Assembly (NCBI GenBank): GCA_963718915.1
Contig: CAVRAI010000015.1
Coordinates: 570,001 to 602,000, forward strand
Length of the DNA stretch: 32,000 nucleotides
From: an uncultured Chloroflexia bacterium
GTDB lineage: Bacteria; Chloroflexota; Ktedonobacteria; Ktedonobacterales; JADMIN01
Reading direction: 5' to 3'
In this document: positions 1-8,842 of the stretch, in pieces
Position numbering within the stretch: the first letter of the stretch is position 1
Layout of the letters: the number at the start of each line of letters is the position of its first letter
Position numbers and translations under genes: made by a program
The notes under the pieces: generated by a model
Databases searched by the model: none
Told to the model about the DNA's origin: nothing
The model's input: the letters and a program-made list of their open reading frames with translations, nothing else

Positions 1-1
1 C

Positions 2-661
2 CCGGCAGCGCACGCCTCGACGAGTCTGCATTACCAGCGAGGCTACTATCTCGACAATGGCTGGTACTGCTACGGATGGGCCAATGGCGCCTATCACTGC
101 ACAACCCGCTGGCATCGCGCCGCGAATGGCCAGATCATTTCCGACAATCCTGCCTGGGTGCCTAATAGCGCCTCGACGCCCACCAGCGGTACGAGTGGCG
201 CCAGTAGCGCCCCGACCAGCCAGCCTGTCAGCGGCACGAGTGGCTCGGTATCGCCCACTCCGGCTGGCATTGGGCCATGGGTACGGCCAGCAGGCTACTA
301 CTCCTACGCAATGTCGTCACATGGCTGGTATCCCAGTTACTTCGGCTGGTGTACGTGGTATGCCTCATATCGCAAGCAGAATGAGCCGCTGATGCAACTG
401 GGCAACGCCGCCGCCTGGGCGTGGAATGCTCCGCATCATGGGCTGCATACCGGCACACAGCCCGCTGTGGGCGCAACCGTCGTCTTCCAGCCGCACGTGC
501 AGGGCGCCAGCAGCGCGGGACATGTTGGCCATGTCGAAAAAGTCTACGCCAACGGCTGGTTCCTGGTCTCCGAGATGGCTTTCTACTGGAATGGTGGCGG
601 CTTTGGACGTGTCAGCTTCCGCTATGTCCACACTGGTCCGGGAGTGAGCTTTATCTATTAG
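2..661 (+). CDS. CHAP-domain peptidoglycan amidase/peptidase, 5'-partial (runs off the left edge)
   Basis: Frame 2 is open from nt 2 (..YYLDNGWYCYGWANG..). An S/T/P-rich linker follows, then a CHAP-like catalytic layout: Cys in FGWCTWYASY, His in SAGHVGHVEKV, then FLVSEMAFYWNGG. Stop at 659-661. Confidence 0.8.
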   Translation, partial: PAAHASTSLHYQRGYYLDNGWYCYGWANGAYHCTTRWHRAANGQIISDNPAWVPNSASTPTSGTSGASSAPTSQPVSGTSGSVSPTPAGIGPWVRPAGYYSYAMSSHGWYPSYFGWCTWYASYRKQNEPLMQLGNAAAWAWNAPHHGLHTGTQPAVGATVVFQPHVQGASSAGHVGHVEKVYANGWFLVSEMAFYWNGGGFGRVSFRYVHTGPGVSFIY

Positions 662-771
662 ACCCAGGCTGCTCTCCGCAGGCGGTGAGTGGCGCGCCAA
701 CCCCGGCATGGATAGCCAGGGAAGCCACTCTCGCCTCGCTCACGCGACCGTCGCACGTCGTCGTTATCCGC

Positions 772-819
772 CATATGCCTGCCCATATGCCTGCCTATAT
801 GCCTGCCTATATGCCTGCG
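772..819. repeat. Tandem 12-bp repeat, 4 copies (CATATGCCTGCC x2, TATATGCCTGCC, TATATGCCTGCG)
   Basis: Read directly at 772-783, 784-795, 796-807 and 808-819. Lies between the convergent stops of the CHAP gene (661) and the CPBP gene (844). Confidence 0.9.
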
Positions 820-843
820 TCCGCGTCCAGCTTTTGGCGCGTC

Positions 844-1674
844 TCAGTGGCCAGTCAGCGCGAGGATAATCGCAAGCCCCGCGGTTGCGTTGTTGGCCGC
901 GTGAATGACGATACCCGGCCAGATCGAGCCAGTGTGCCAGCGCACATACGCCAGCACCACCCCGAAGACGAACAGCACCGCGAATGAGCCGAGATCGCCA
1001 TGCGCCAGAGCAAAGAGGAACGCCGAGAGGAGCGCGGCGGGCCAGAAGTTCATCCGGTGCAGCAATCCTCCGAAGAGGAAGCCGCGAAAGAACAATTCCT
1101 CGCAGATGGGCGCCACCAGCACCGCGCCAGCGACCAGCGCCAGCGTTGAGATTGGGGCGTATTTCGCCTGTTGCAGCAGGGCATCCGAGTTGGTGTGCAG
1201 CGGCAGGTTGAGCGCCTGTATAAGGACGCTGTAGAGCACGTTGCAGCCGATGATGACCACGTAGCCGACGACCGTCGCGACGATTGCCGGGCCGAGGCGC
1301 GTTGAGCGCAGCCCCAGCGCGGCGAGTCCCTGGCGCGGGGAGATTCCCAGCGCGCGACGTATGAGCGCGTAGTAGGCGGGTGCGATCACGAAGGCCAGCT
1401 CGACGACTCCCGTGATGAAGAAGGCGAAGACGGCGCCGATGATATCCTCCGCTGGCGAGAGGCGTCGCTGATCGGAGGTCGCGCTCTGCGAGGTCAGCAG
1501 TTGCGTGCCGATGATGAAGATCAGCCACGGAGCCAGCGTCGCCACCGTGCCCCGCACCGTCTGGGCGAAGGTCCAGGGTGTCTGACCCACTTGCCCATAG
1601 CGCGCGGAATCGCCCGCTGGCGGCTGGGGACTGGATGGCTGTGTCTCATAGGCGGGACCAGGCGTATATGTCAT
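844..1674 (-). CDS. CPBP family (CAAX-type) intramembrane metalloprotease
   Basis: Three CPBP signature motifs: APICEELFFRG (EExxxR), FLFALAHG (FxxxH), VIHAANN (HxxxN). Multiple hydrophobic helices. I prefer the internal ATG at 1674 (MTYTPGPAY..) because the upstream 95 codons of the 371-aa ORF are R/S/A-rich and non-protein-like. Confidence 0.85.
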   Translation of the reverse strand: MTYTPGPAYETQPSSPQPPAGDSARYGQVGQTPWTFAQTVRGTVATLAPWLIFIIGTQLLTSQSATSDQRRLSPAEDIIGAVFAFFITGVVELAFVIAPAYYALIRRALGISPRQGLAALGLRSTRLGPAIVATVVGYVVIIGCNVLYSVLIQALNLPLHTNSDALLQQAKYAPISTLALVAGAVLVAPICEELFFRGFLFGGLLHRMNFWPAALLSAFLFALAHGDLGSFAVLFVFGVVLAYVRWHTGSIWPGIVIHAANNATAGLAIILALTGH

Positions 1675-1918
1675 GGCATCAACCTCACAGGCCTGTGCGG
1701 CGGGCCGGGAATAACGGCGCATCGGTGCGTTCGGCGCTCTCCTAATTGTACGTGGATATGCTGTAGCGGTGAAAGAGGCGCGACGAGCACGTGATCTTTC
1801 AGCGGCAATGTGCTTGCGAGACCGTTTGATGCCGCGTATACTTGCTGCATGACGAGGAGATGTGTTTTTCGCTGACGCGTGATGAACCAGAGATGAGCAG
1901 GGAAGGAGATGTATCGCA

Positions 1919-2200
1919 GTGAGTTTTGGCGTGACCGAAGATCCGCGCGAGAACATCAATTGGCGTCGTCACCGGCAAGGCTGCCCGCATTACCGCGAGC
2001 GTTGGTTCGCGCTGAGCAATCCCGATGATGGCGAGCCACTTTATCAGGTCTTTTGCCTGATGAATACCCCACCTGAAACCGCCGAAGAGCAAGAGCGCTG
2101 TCTCTCCAGCCGCACCTGCTGCTGGCGCATCGCCGAGGCGGCCCGGCATGGTGGCAAGACATCCGCCACCGATAGCAAGCGCCGACGCAACGCTTCCTGA
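1919..2200 (+). CDS. Hypothetical small Cys-rich protein (93 aa)
   Basis: GTG start 10 nt after GGAAGGAG (1901-1908). Balanced composition with 5 Cys (CPHY..FCLM..RCLSSRTCCW). Competes with an antisense ORF at 1799-2230 that is S/G/A-rich. No family recognised. Confidence 0.4.
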   Translation: MSFGVTEDPRENINWRRHRQGCPHYRERWFALSNPDDGEPLYQVFCLMNTPPETAEEQERCLSSRTCCWRIAEAARHGGKTSATDSKRRRNAS

Positions 2201-2446
2201 AGCGCTCCCGCTGCTGCCAGACATACGCACTCCGATTCCCCGACACTACTGTCCACACTCCCTGTTCACAGCAGTACCTCGGGCGCCACCTATCAGATTT
2301 CTGCGCCTCTCTCACGCACGCCGTTGACGCGCATCGCGTTGTCAGCTACACTGTCGCGGAGACCTGTCGGCGCCTGGAGATTGGACTCCGCTGACAGGTA
2401 CGCCGAAATACAGCCCGCAATTCACCACTTTAAGGAGGTATCGGAC

Positions 2447-2512
2447 ATGCCAGCTTTCTCTCCACGAGACGTTGTGGGATTCATCCGCAACCGTGGAGTC
2501 ATCGCGCGCTAA
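2447..2512 (+). CDS. Candidate 21-aa leader/small ORF (MPAFSPRDVVGFIRNRGVIAR)
   Basis: Consensus SD AAGGAGG at 2432-2438, 8 nt before ATG 2447. An 11-bp hairpin (2362-2372 / 2389-2399) lies upstream. GC-palindrome-rich 227-nt spacer before the MFS start. Confidence 0.3.
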   Translation: MPAFSPRDVVGFIRNRGVIAR

Positions 2513-2739
2513 CTGGCGCGCAGGCCGTGCCATGGCTACCATGGCGCGCTGGCTTCCGTACCTCATCGCTGCCCATCGCTACCGCGATCCAGCCTCCCCT
2601 ACGTCTCGATACAGTGTGCTTAAATGCGCTCTTCCGCGACCACAGCCAGATCACTCGCGCGCGTTGCCGTGCCTGACTGCGCCGTACCATCTCGCGCTGA
2701 TGCGCCGCGGTATTCGAGAAGTGTGTAGGGGAGTCTGCG

Positions 2740-4024
2740 ATGCGTCGTAACGCATATACTGTTTATCTGCTCCTGAGTGGATTATCGGCGGCCTTTTTCT
2801 ATCTGTATGGGGCTGTTGCCGCTGTCTACCGGGTTTCGCACGGCTGGCCTCAACCCGCTGCAGTTGGTGCTGGTGGGAACCGCGCTGGAGGCCGCGTGCT
2901 TCGTCGTGGGAGTGCCCACAGGCATTCTCGCCGACGTTCTGAGTCGCCGCCTGCTGGTAGTAATTGGCTTTCTGCTGGAAGGTCTGGGTTTTGCCCTTGA
3001 GGGGGCGATCCCGCATTTTGGGACGATTCTGGTTGCCCAGGTGCTTTGGGGCGGCGGCGCGATGTGTCTGGATGGCGCCTTCGAGGCCTGGATTGCGGAT
3101 GAGGTAGGCGACGAGCGCCTGGGACACATCTTCATTCGCGCCACCCAGGTGAGCCAGCTCTGCGGGATTGCCGGGATTCTGGGTGCTGGCCTGCTGGCGA
3201 GCATCAGCTACAACTTGCCGCTGCTGGTGGCGGGTGTGCTGATGTTTGCGCTCGGTATCTTCGCTGCCTTCCTGATGCCGGAGACCGGTTTTCATCCAGC
3301 GGGACACGCCGACGTAGTATCGCGGAGCGCCTGGCAGGCGGCAGGCGATACCCTGCGCCAGAGCGGGCGACTGGTGCGCCGCAGCCCAATCCTGCTGACT
3401 CTGCTTGGCGTGGCGGCTTTTTATGGTATGTCCAGCGAGGGATTCGACCGCCTCTGGGAGGCCCATATCCTGCTCGATGTCCATCTGCCGCCGCTCGGCC
3501 AGTTGAATCCGGTGCTGTGGTTCAGCATCATCCTGATCGCGGCGCAGCTGCTGAGCATCGCCTCGACTGAACTGGCCCGCCGACAGGTGAACACGCGGAA
3601 TCACGTCTCGGTGGCGCGGGCGCTCTTTGCCATCAATGCGCTCTTGATCGTCGTCGTGATCGTCTTCGGGCTGGCGGTCAGCTTTCCGCTGGCGGTCGCC
3701 GCCTACCTGATGGCTGACATCCTCCGCACGACGCGCCAGCCGATCTATCTGGCGTGGCTGACCCAGACGATTGATGCGCGGGTACGGGCGACGGTGCTCT
3801 CGATCAGCAGCCAGCTTGATGCCTTCGGGCAGATTGCGGGTGGCCCAGTGATCGGCGTCGTTGGCTCGCTGCGCTCGATACGCGCCGCACTGGTGGCCAC
3901 GGGCATCGCGCTCACCCCGGCGCTGCTGCTCTTCGCCCGCGCCGCGCGCTTGAAAGAGGTGCAGCCAGGCGATCAGGTGGACGGTGGCGAGACAACCATC
4001 ATGGAGGAAATCGCCGAAAGCTAA
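2740..4024 (+). CDS. MFS transporter, frame-disrupted in this sequence (TM1 in frame 1, rest in frame 2)
   Basis: ATG 2740 after AGGGGAG encodes a TM1-like MRRNAYTVYLLLSGLSAAFFYLYGAVAAVYRV. From about 2840 the other frame reads TAGLNPLQLVLVGTALEAACFVVGVPTGILADVLSRRLL (TM2 plus MFS motif A), followed by about 10 further helices to stop 4024. The intact ORF on its own is 2777-4024. Confidence 0.8.
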
Positions 4025-4073
4025 TAACACATCAGTTCGGGATAGGCTGTCCCATCAGCGCGGCTGTGCCGCG

Positions 4074-4180
4074 CGCCGTAGCCTGAAGGCCACGGCTAAT
4101 TCCAAAACGGCCGCACCAGCCGCCCGAGCAAAAGAGGGCTGGTGCGGCCAGGATTAGCCGCAGGGCTTTAGCCTGCGGCG
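4074..4180. repeat. Composite REP/MITE-like element: two inverted 30-nt hairpin arms flanking a central 13-bp-stem hairpin
   Basis: Left arm 4074-4103 is CGCCGTAGCCTGAAGGCCACGGCTAATTCC. Right arm 4151-4180 is GGATTAGCCGCAGGGCTTTAGCCTGCGGCG (reverse-complement orientation). Related arms occur at 21715, 21791, 27342 and 28804. Confidence 0.8.
4104..4149 (-). terminator. Rho-independent-type terminator for the methyltransferase gene
   Basis: Perfect 13-bp stem GGCCGCACCAGCC (4109-4121) / GGCTGGTGCGGCC (4137-4149) with a 15-nt loop. On the minus strand it is followed by GTTTTGG (4104-4108 region). Confidence 0.6.
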
Positions 4181-4188
4181 CGCTTACG

Positions 4189-4881
4189 TTAATGTTCCTT
4201 CTGCCAGACCATCGCGAAGCTGATGGGGCAATCGCGATACTGGCTCCATTTGGGTTTTGTCGCCAGATACTCCTCGTCTACCAGCCCCTCGTGCATCTCG
4301 CGTAACGACCATCCCGCCATCAGCGCCGCCCGGACGTGGTCGCTCGTGAGGTGGACGTAAGTTTCGATGGTGACTGGTTCGCCAGACTCGTTATGGTAAT
4401 GGGTCGGCATGCCGTTGAGAATGAAATAGGGATGATAACCCACGAGGACGAAATAGCCGCCTGGGAGCGCGATTCTGGCGGCCTCTTGATAGAGTGGGCG
4501 CAGGTCGGGGAGATGCTCATCCGCAAGGCTGACCGTCACCAGATCATACGCCGCCGAGAGTGAGGTGTCGCGCATGTCACCGACGACGAGTTCCCGGTAT
4601 ACTCCTTTGGCGCGCGCGCGTTCCAGCATCTCCGCCGTGAGATCGACGCCGTCGAGCGCGGCGACGCCATGCCGTTTGAGCCAGACCCCAATGCGCCCGG
4701 TACCACAGGCAAGGTCCGCTCCCGCCCGGACGCTATTCCATGCGACCGACTGGATCCGCTCCAGCAGGCGCAGATCCATCACATCCTGCACGATATCCTC
4801 GTAGGAGGCGGCCCATTCTCCGTAGCCTTCGCGCACGGAGCGGATGGGATATTTGCGCATGTCGAAGCGTGATGCGTCCAT
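4189..4881 (-). CDS. Class I SAM-dependent methyltransferase
   Basis: Motif I DLACGTGRIG, then LDGVDLTAEMLERARAKG and VVGDMRD. Rossmann-type MTase layout, 230 aa. Confidence 0.85.
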   Translation of the reverse strand: MDASRFDMRKYPIRSVREGYGEWAASYEDIVQDVMDLRLLERIQSVAWNSVRAGADLACGTGRIGVWLKRHGVAALDGVDLTAEMLERARAKGVYRELVVGDMRDTSLSAAYDLVTVSLADEHLPDLRPLYQEAARIALPGGYFVLVGYHPYFILNGMPTHYHNESGEPVTIETYVHLTSDHVRAALMAGWSLREMHEGLVDEEYLATKPKWSQYRDCPISFAMVWQKEH

Positions 4882-5044
4882 AGCTGTCTCTTGATCGATC
4901 CTCTACCAATTTCGTCATTCATATCAAAGTCACATGACCATGTGTAAACATTGTACTATTCGTGATGAGACACCTGGCATGCGAACGTTGATGTTCGTCG
5001 TTTGCCGGTCAGGGCCATTGGACAATGGGGTCGGGAGGCGTCAG

Positions 5045-6454
5045 ATGCAAATCGAGCAGTTCTTTATCGATGGTCTGGGACATCAGTCGTACTTCGTGCT
5101 GGATGAGAATGCCCATGTAGCTGCGGTTGTCGATCCGCGCCGCGATATCGAGGTTTACCTTCAGGCAGCCGACGCGGCCAACGCCCAGATCGCCTGGGTC
5201 TTCGAGACGCATATCCACAACGACTACATCACTGGCGCCTGCGAGCTACGAGAGCGAACCGGCGCCACCATCGTCAGTGCGGCGCGCGCTGGACTGGCCT
5301 ATGAGCATCAGGGGGTCAGCGACGGCGACCGGATCACTGTGGGCGCGCTGACATTCGCCGTACTCGCGACGCCTGGCCACACCCCCGACCACCTCAGCTA
5401 CGCGCTCTATGAAGCCGGGCGCGACACGCCCACCGCGCTCTTTACTGGTGGAAGCATGCTTGTCGGTAGCGCCGGACGCACTGATCTGGTCAGCCCTGGC
5501 ATGACGCTGACGCTGACCCGCGACCAGTATCACTCTCTGCGACGCCTGCTGGATACGATGCCCGACGACGTGCTGGTCTATCCGACGCATGGCGCGGGCT
5601 CGTTCTGTGGCGCGACGATGGATGGGCCATCGGCGCGGAGGAGCACGATTGGCCAGGAACGCCTGGCAAGCCCGGCGTCGCACGTCCACGACGAGGCCGA
5701 ATTTGTACACCGACAACTCGCGGGCTACGGCGTCTATCCCGCCTATTACCGCTACATGAGTGAGATCAATCTGGCGGGGCCGCGCATCCTCGGCGGGCTG
5801 CCAGAGCTACCGCCGCTGACCGCGCCATTGGTGCGCGGCAACCTCGATCACGGACTGCCACTGATCGATGGGCGTCGGCGTCGCGCCTTCGCGCAGGAGC
5901 ACGTTCCCGGCTCGCTCAACATCGAGCTGGATGGTTCGTTCGGCGCCTATGTAGGCTGGCTGCTGCCGTTCAACAAGCCGCTGATGCTGCTGATCGAAGA
6001 TGAAGCTGGGCGCAAGGAGGCCGTCACGCAACTCATCCGCATCGGCTACGAGCAGTTGCGCGGCCATCTGGATGGCGGCGTGGACGCCTGGAAGAGCGCG
6101 GGCTTCGCAACGGGCAGCCTTGAAGCGATCACGGTAGATGAGTTTCGCCAGCGTCTGGTGGGACACGAGCAGCTTGCCGTGCTGGATGTTCGCGATGAGA
6201 CGGAGTGGGAGAGCGGCCACATTCCCGGCTCACAGCACATTCATATTGGCGACCTGATGCAGCGCCTGCATGAGATTCCGTGTGATATTCCCGTCGCCAC
6301 GATCTGCCGCAGTGGCCACCGCGCCGCAATGGCCGCGAGCATCGTCGCCGCGCTTGGCCGCGAGACCGTCGCCGTTAGGCGTGGAGGCGTTCCCGACTGG
6401 CTGGCGATGGAGCGGGAGCAAGCGTCGCATGCGAGCGGACACGATCATCCGTAA
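5045..6454 (+). CDS. MBL-fold persulfide dioxygenase-like protein fused to two rhodanese domains (CstB-like architecture)
   Basis: MBL motifs ETHIHNDY and TPGHTPDH. Middle rhodanese-homology domain has no Cys (loop LLIEDEAGRK). C-terminal rhodanese has the active loop ICRSGHRA. Start chosen at ATG 5045 after GGGAGG (5032-5037). Confidence 0.85.
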   Translation: MQIEQFFIDGLGHQSYFVLDENAHVAAVVDPRRDIEVYLQAADAANAQIAWVFETHIHNDYITGACELRERTGATIVSAARAGLAYEHQGVSDGDRITVGALTFAVLATPGHTPDHLSYALYEAGRDTPTALFTGGSMLVGSAGRTDLVSPGMTLTLTRDQYHSLRRLLDTMPDDVLVYPTHGAGSFCGATMDGPSARRSTIGQERLASPASHVHDEAEFVHRQLAGYGVYPAYYRYMSEINLAGPRILGGLPELPPLTAPLVRGNLDHGLPLIDGRRRRAFAQEHVPGSLNIELDGSFGAYVGWLLPFNKPLMLLIEDEAGRKEAVTQLIRIGYEQLRGHLDGGVDAWKSAGFATGSLEAITVDEFRQRLVGHEQLAVLDVRDETEWESGHIPGSQHIHIGDLMQRLHEIPCDIPVATICRSGHRAAMAASIVAALGRETVAVRRGGVPDWLAMEREQASHASGHDHP

Positions 6455-6525
6455 GGGACGGCGGCGTGTATGTTGAGGTAGCGCAGTGTGTGTTCGTGCG
6501 TATGCGTCCGTTTCTGGGACGGGCA

Positions 6526-6531
6526 TATAAT
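6526..6531 (+). promoter_or_regulatory. Possible -10 box (TATAAT) for the SRPBCC gene
   Basis: Exact TATAAT 38 nt upstream of ATG 6569. The -35 at 17-nt spacing (TGCGTC) is weak. Confidence 0.3.
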
Positions 6532-6568
6532 GCACAGGCGACGAGAGACAGGAAGGGGCGGCGGAGCA

Positions 6569-7177
6569 ATGGCAGGGCAAAACAGCGAGCGATGGAAGCG
6601 TTTTGTAGCGCCGCTGGCTGGCGCGGCTGTGGGTTTAGCTGTAGGGGCCGTCATTGGCGGCGGCAAGCTGGTGCGTATCTATGACTGGACCACCGAGTGG
6701 ACTATTGATGCGCCTCGTTCCGAGGTCTTCCGCATCCTGAGCACGCCGGAAGAGCAGCGCCACTGGTGGCCCTCGATGGTCGTCGAGCGCGTCGAGCCGC
6801 TCCCCGACAACCCGGACGGGCGCATCATCACCTATCGCGTGCTGCAAGCGCCCAGTGTGCGCCGGTTTGCCCCGCCCTTCATCCTCGTCTCGACCATCGC
6901 CGATGTAGAGCATGATCGCCGCACGCGCGCCGTGGTGACGGGCGACCTCGCGGGCGTGCTCGATACGCTGCTCTATGACCGCCCCGATGGCGGCACGAGC
7001 ATAATTTTTCACTGGTACACGCGCGTCACGAATCCGGTGATGAATGCGCTGGGCTTCGTCATGACGTCGGCCTTCCGCGCCAGCCACGACCACGTCATGC
7101 GCGAAGGCGAGGCGGGGCTACGCGCGTATTGCGCGGCGCGCCTGGGAGAACGGTTGGCCGCGCAACCTGGTATGTAG
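6569..7177 (+). CDS. SRPBCC (START/polyketide-cyclase-like) family protein with N-terminal hydrophobic segment
   Basis: MAGQNSERWKRFVAPLAGAAVGLAVGAVIGG, then a Polyketide_cyc2-like IDAPRSEVFRILSTPEEQRHWWPSM. ATG 6569 preceded by GGCGGAG. Confidence 0.7.
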   Translation: MAGQNSERWKRFVAPLAGAAVGLAVGAVIGGGKLVRIYDWTTEWTIDAPRSEVFRILSTPEEQRHWWPSMVVERVEPLPDNPDGRIITYRVLQAPSVRRFAPPFILVSTIADVEHDRRTRAVVTGDLAGVLDTLLYDRPDGGTSIIFHWYTRVTNPVMNALGFVMTSAFRASHDHVMREGEAGLRAYCAARLGERLAAQPGM

Positions 7178-7236
7178 GCTGCGGCAAGCGATTCAACCAA
7201 CCGCCGCCATCCCGCGATGAACTGGGCGGCGCGCCA

Positions 7237-8511
7237 TTAGAAGTGGGTCATGCAGATCGGCTTCTCGTCGGTGGCGAAGAGGCGCGCCATCTGCTCGACC
7301 CGCGCCGTCTCTGAAATCTCGGCCAGCCCGTAGCGATACAGGCTGTGGAAGTCGGCGGCGCCCATCAGCAGCGACGAACACTCCGCGATATCGAGTGTAA
7401 TGCCAACATCGGGCGTCGCGGCCTGTTCCACCTCTGGATGTCCTTTGTTGAAGCGCACGGTCACGTGGCCATCATTCTCCGTCAGAAAGCTATCGGCCAC
7501 ATTGATGCGCAGCCTCAGCGACTCGCCTCCAAAGTTCACCGGACGCAGCAACTCAAAAGCGCGGCGCACATCCACAACGCGGTACATAATGCCGACACCC
7601 TGCACATTGCTGCGGTGGTAGACCGATGGTAGCAGCACATTGGAGCCGTCGCGCACATCATTCAGCAACAGGTGAAAATCTTCATCCTGGGTATTGATCT
7701 CGATCCGGCTGATCTGGTCAGCCTGGCTGCGAAGGAACGCGAGGAGACCGAGCAGCGCCTCGCGTGTCTCATAGACCATCTCCTCCACCAGCATGTCATA
7801 CGTTAGGAACTGATTGGGCGCAGCGGCCTTGAACGAGAAGACGAGATAGCCACGCAGCGTCTTGCCATCGCGATAGCCGACCACGCGCTTCGCGGGATTG
7901 CTGAAGAACCGGTTGAGTTCTTCGTCAGACTTGAGGATCATCCCGTGAGTGTGTTTCGCGACACGGGCATAACAGTCGCCGACAAGTGGCCTGTCGTCCG
8001 TATCGAGCAAGACAACATGTGACTTATCGCCGCTGGCGGGCAGCGCCGCGGGTGGCGCCTGATACTGGCTGAGCTTCGTGCCATAGCCGAACCCCATCTG
8101 CTTGTAAAAGTCTGGGCGGAAGGGGTAGAGCAGGGCAAATGGCACGCCCTGTTTGCGGCAGTACTCCAGCCAGCCATGCATCAGGTCGCGGGCCACATGC
8201 TCTTTCTTGTAGGCGAGGTCAACCGCCACCATACCGATGCCAGCCGCTGGGATCTGCGCCCCGCGCACGTTCATCACGAAGTCGTGCAATCGCGCGGCGC
8301 CCTGCAGCGTCTCGCCGCGATAGAGGCCAACATAGGCCATCGGCGACTTCGCCATCCGCTCGGCGATGCTGGCGCGGTACTTCTCGCGCTCGTTCGGCGC
8401 ACCCAGTTTGAAGTCGGGATAGGCGTTGTCGATGATGGTAATCAGCGCATCGTAGTCGCGTTCGGCAATCGCGCGAAACTCGGATTTTGGTGAGCTGGTG
8501 CGAGTGACCAT
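7237..8511 (-). CDS. GNAT N-acetyltransferase, Eis-like (GNAT + SCP2-like C-terminal domain)
   Basis: 424 aa. AAGIGMVAVDLAYKKEHVARDLMHGWLEYCRKQGVPFALLYPFRPDFYKQMGFGYG matches the acetyl-CoA-binding core of Eis/COG4552-type enzymes. Length and C-terminal region are typical of that family. Confidence 0.8.
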   Translation of the reverse strand: MVTRTSSPKSEFRAIAERDYDALITIIDNAYPDFKLGAPNEREKYRASIAERMAKSPMAYVGLYRGETLQGAARLHDFVMNVRGAQIPAAGIGMVAVDLAYKKEHVARDLMHGWLEYCRKQGVPFALLYPFRPDFYKQMGFGYGTKLSQYQAPPAALPASGDKSHVVLLDTDDRPLVGDCYARVAKHTHGMILKSDEELNRFFSNPAKRVVGYRDGKTLRGYLVFSFKAAAPNQFLTYDMLVEEMVYETREALLGLLAFLRSQADQISRIEINTQDEDFHLLLNDVRDGSNVLLPSVYHRSNVQGVGIMYRVVDVRRAFELLRPVNFGGESLRLRINVADSFLTENDGHVTVRFNKGHPEVEQAATPDVGITLDIAECSSLLMGAADFHSLYRYGLAEISETARVEQMARLFATDEKPICMTHF

Positions 8512-8812
8512 GGTTCTATCCTCTCTGGGGGGATGAATGACAACTCAACGTTATCGCTGGACGACGCACCCTCAAGATACCATGTACAGGGCGGATATGC
8601 CTCGTTGGATTTGCGTAGACGCCTGTTGGCTCGCGTGGCTATCTGGCGCGGGTTATAGAGTTTTAACACGATCTCCCTACGGAGCAAAGGGACAGTCTGG
8701 CAATGGGAAAATGATGAGCGGAGCATCCCCGGAAGGATACACCGCTCGTGTGGGCTTTCGTGAAGCCGTGGTATTACACTCGATCCGCCTCAGTTGTTTC
8801 CGTTTGGGAACG

Positions 8813-8834
8813 CGCCGTAGCGTTTACGCTACGG
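8813..8834 (-). terminator. Hairpin immediately after the Toastrack gene stop
   Basis: GCCGTAGCG-TTTA-CGCTACGGC, a perfect 9-bp stem 9 nt downstream of stop 8843-8845. No clear U-tract. The stem sequence resembles the dispersed GCCGTAG..CTACGGC repeat arms. Confidence 0.4.
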
Positions 8835-8842
8835 CATGCCTT

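Noticed and set aside
1675-1959. 95-codon N-terminal extension of the CPBP protease ORF
   Set aside because: Basic, low-complexity sequence with no RBS. The conserved membrane protein begins at ATG 1674.
1799-2230. 143-aa minus-strand ORF competing with the 1919-2200 plus ORF
   Set aside because: The S/G/A-rich translation is less protein-like than the plus-strand product, which also has a good SD. Neither can be confirmed without a database search, so the plus ORF is kept only at low confidence.
2651-4030. 459-aa minus-strand ORF
   Set aside because: It lies exactly antisense to the MFS transporter. The translation is R/Q/H/D-rich low complexity with no motifs, a typical shadow ORF of high-GC DNA.
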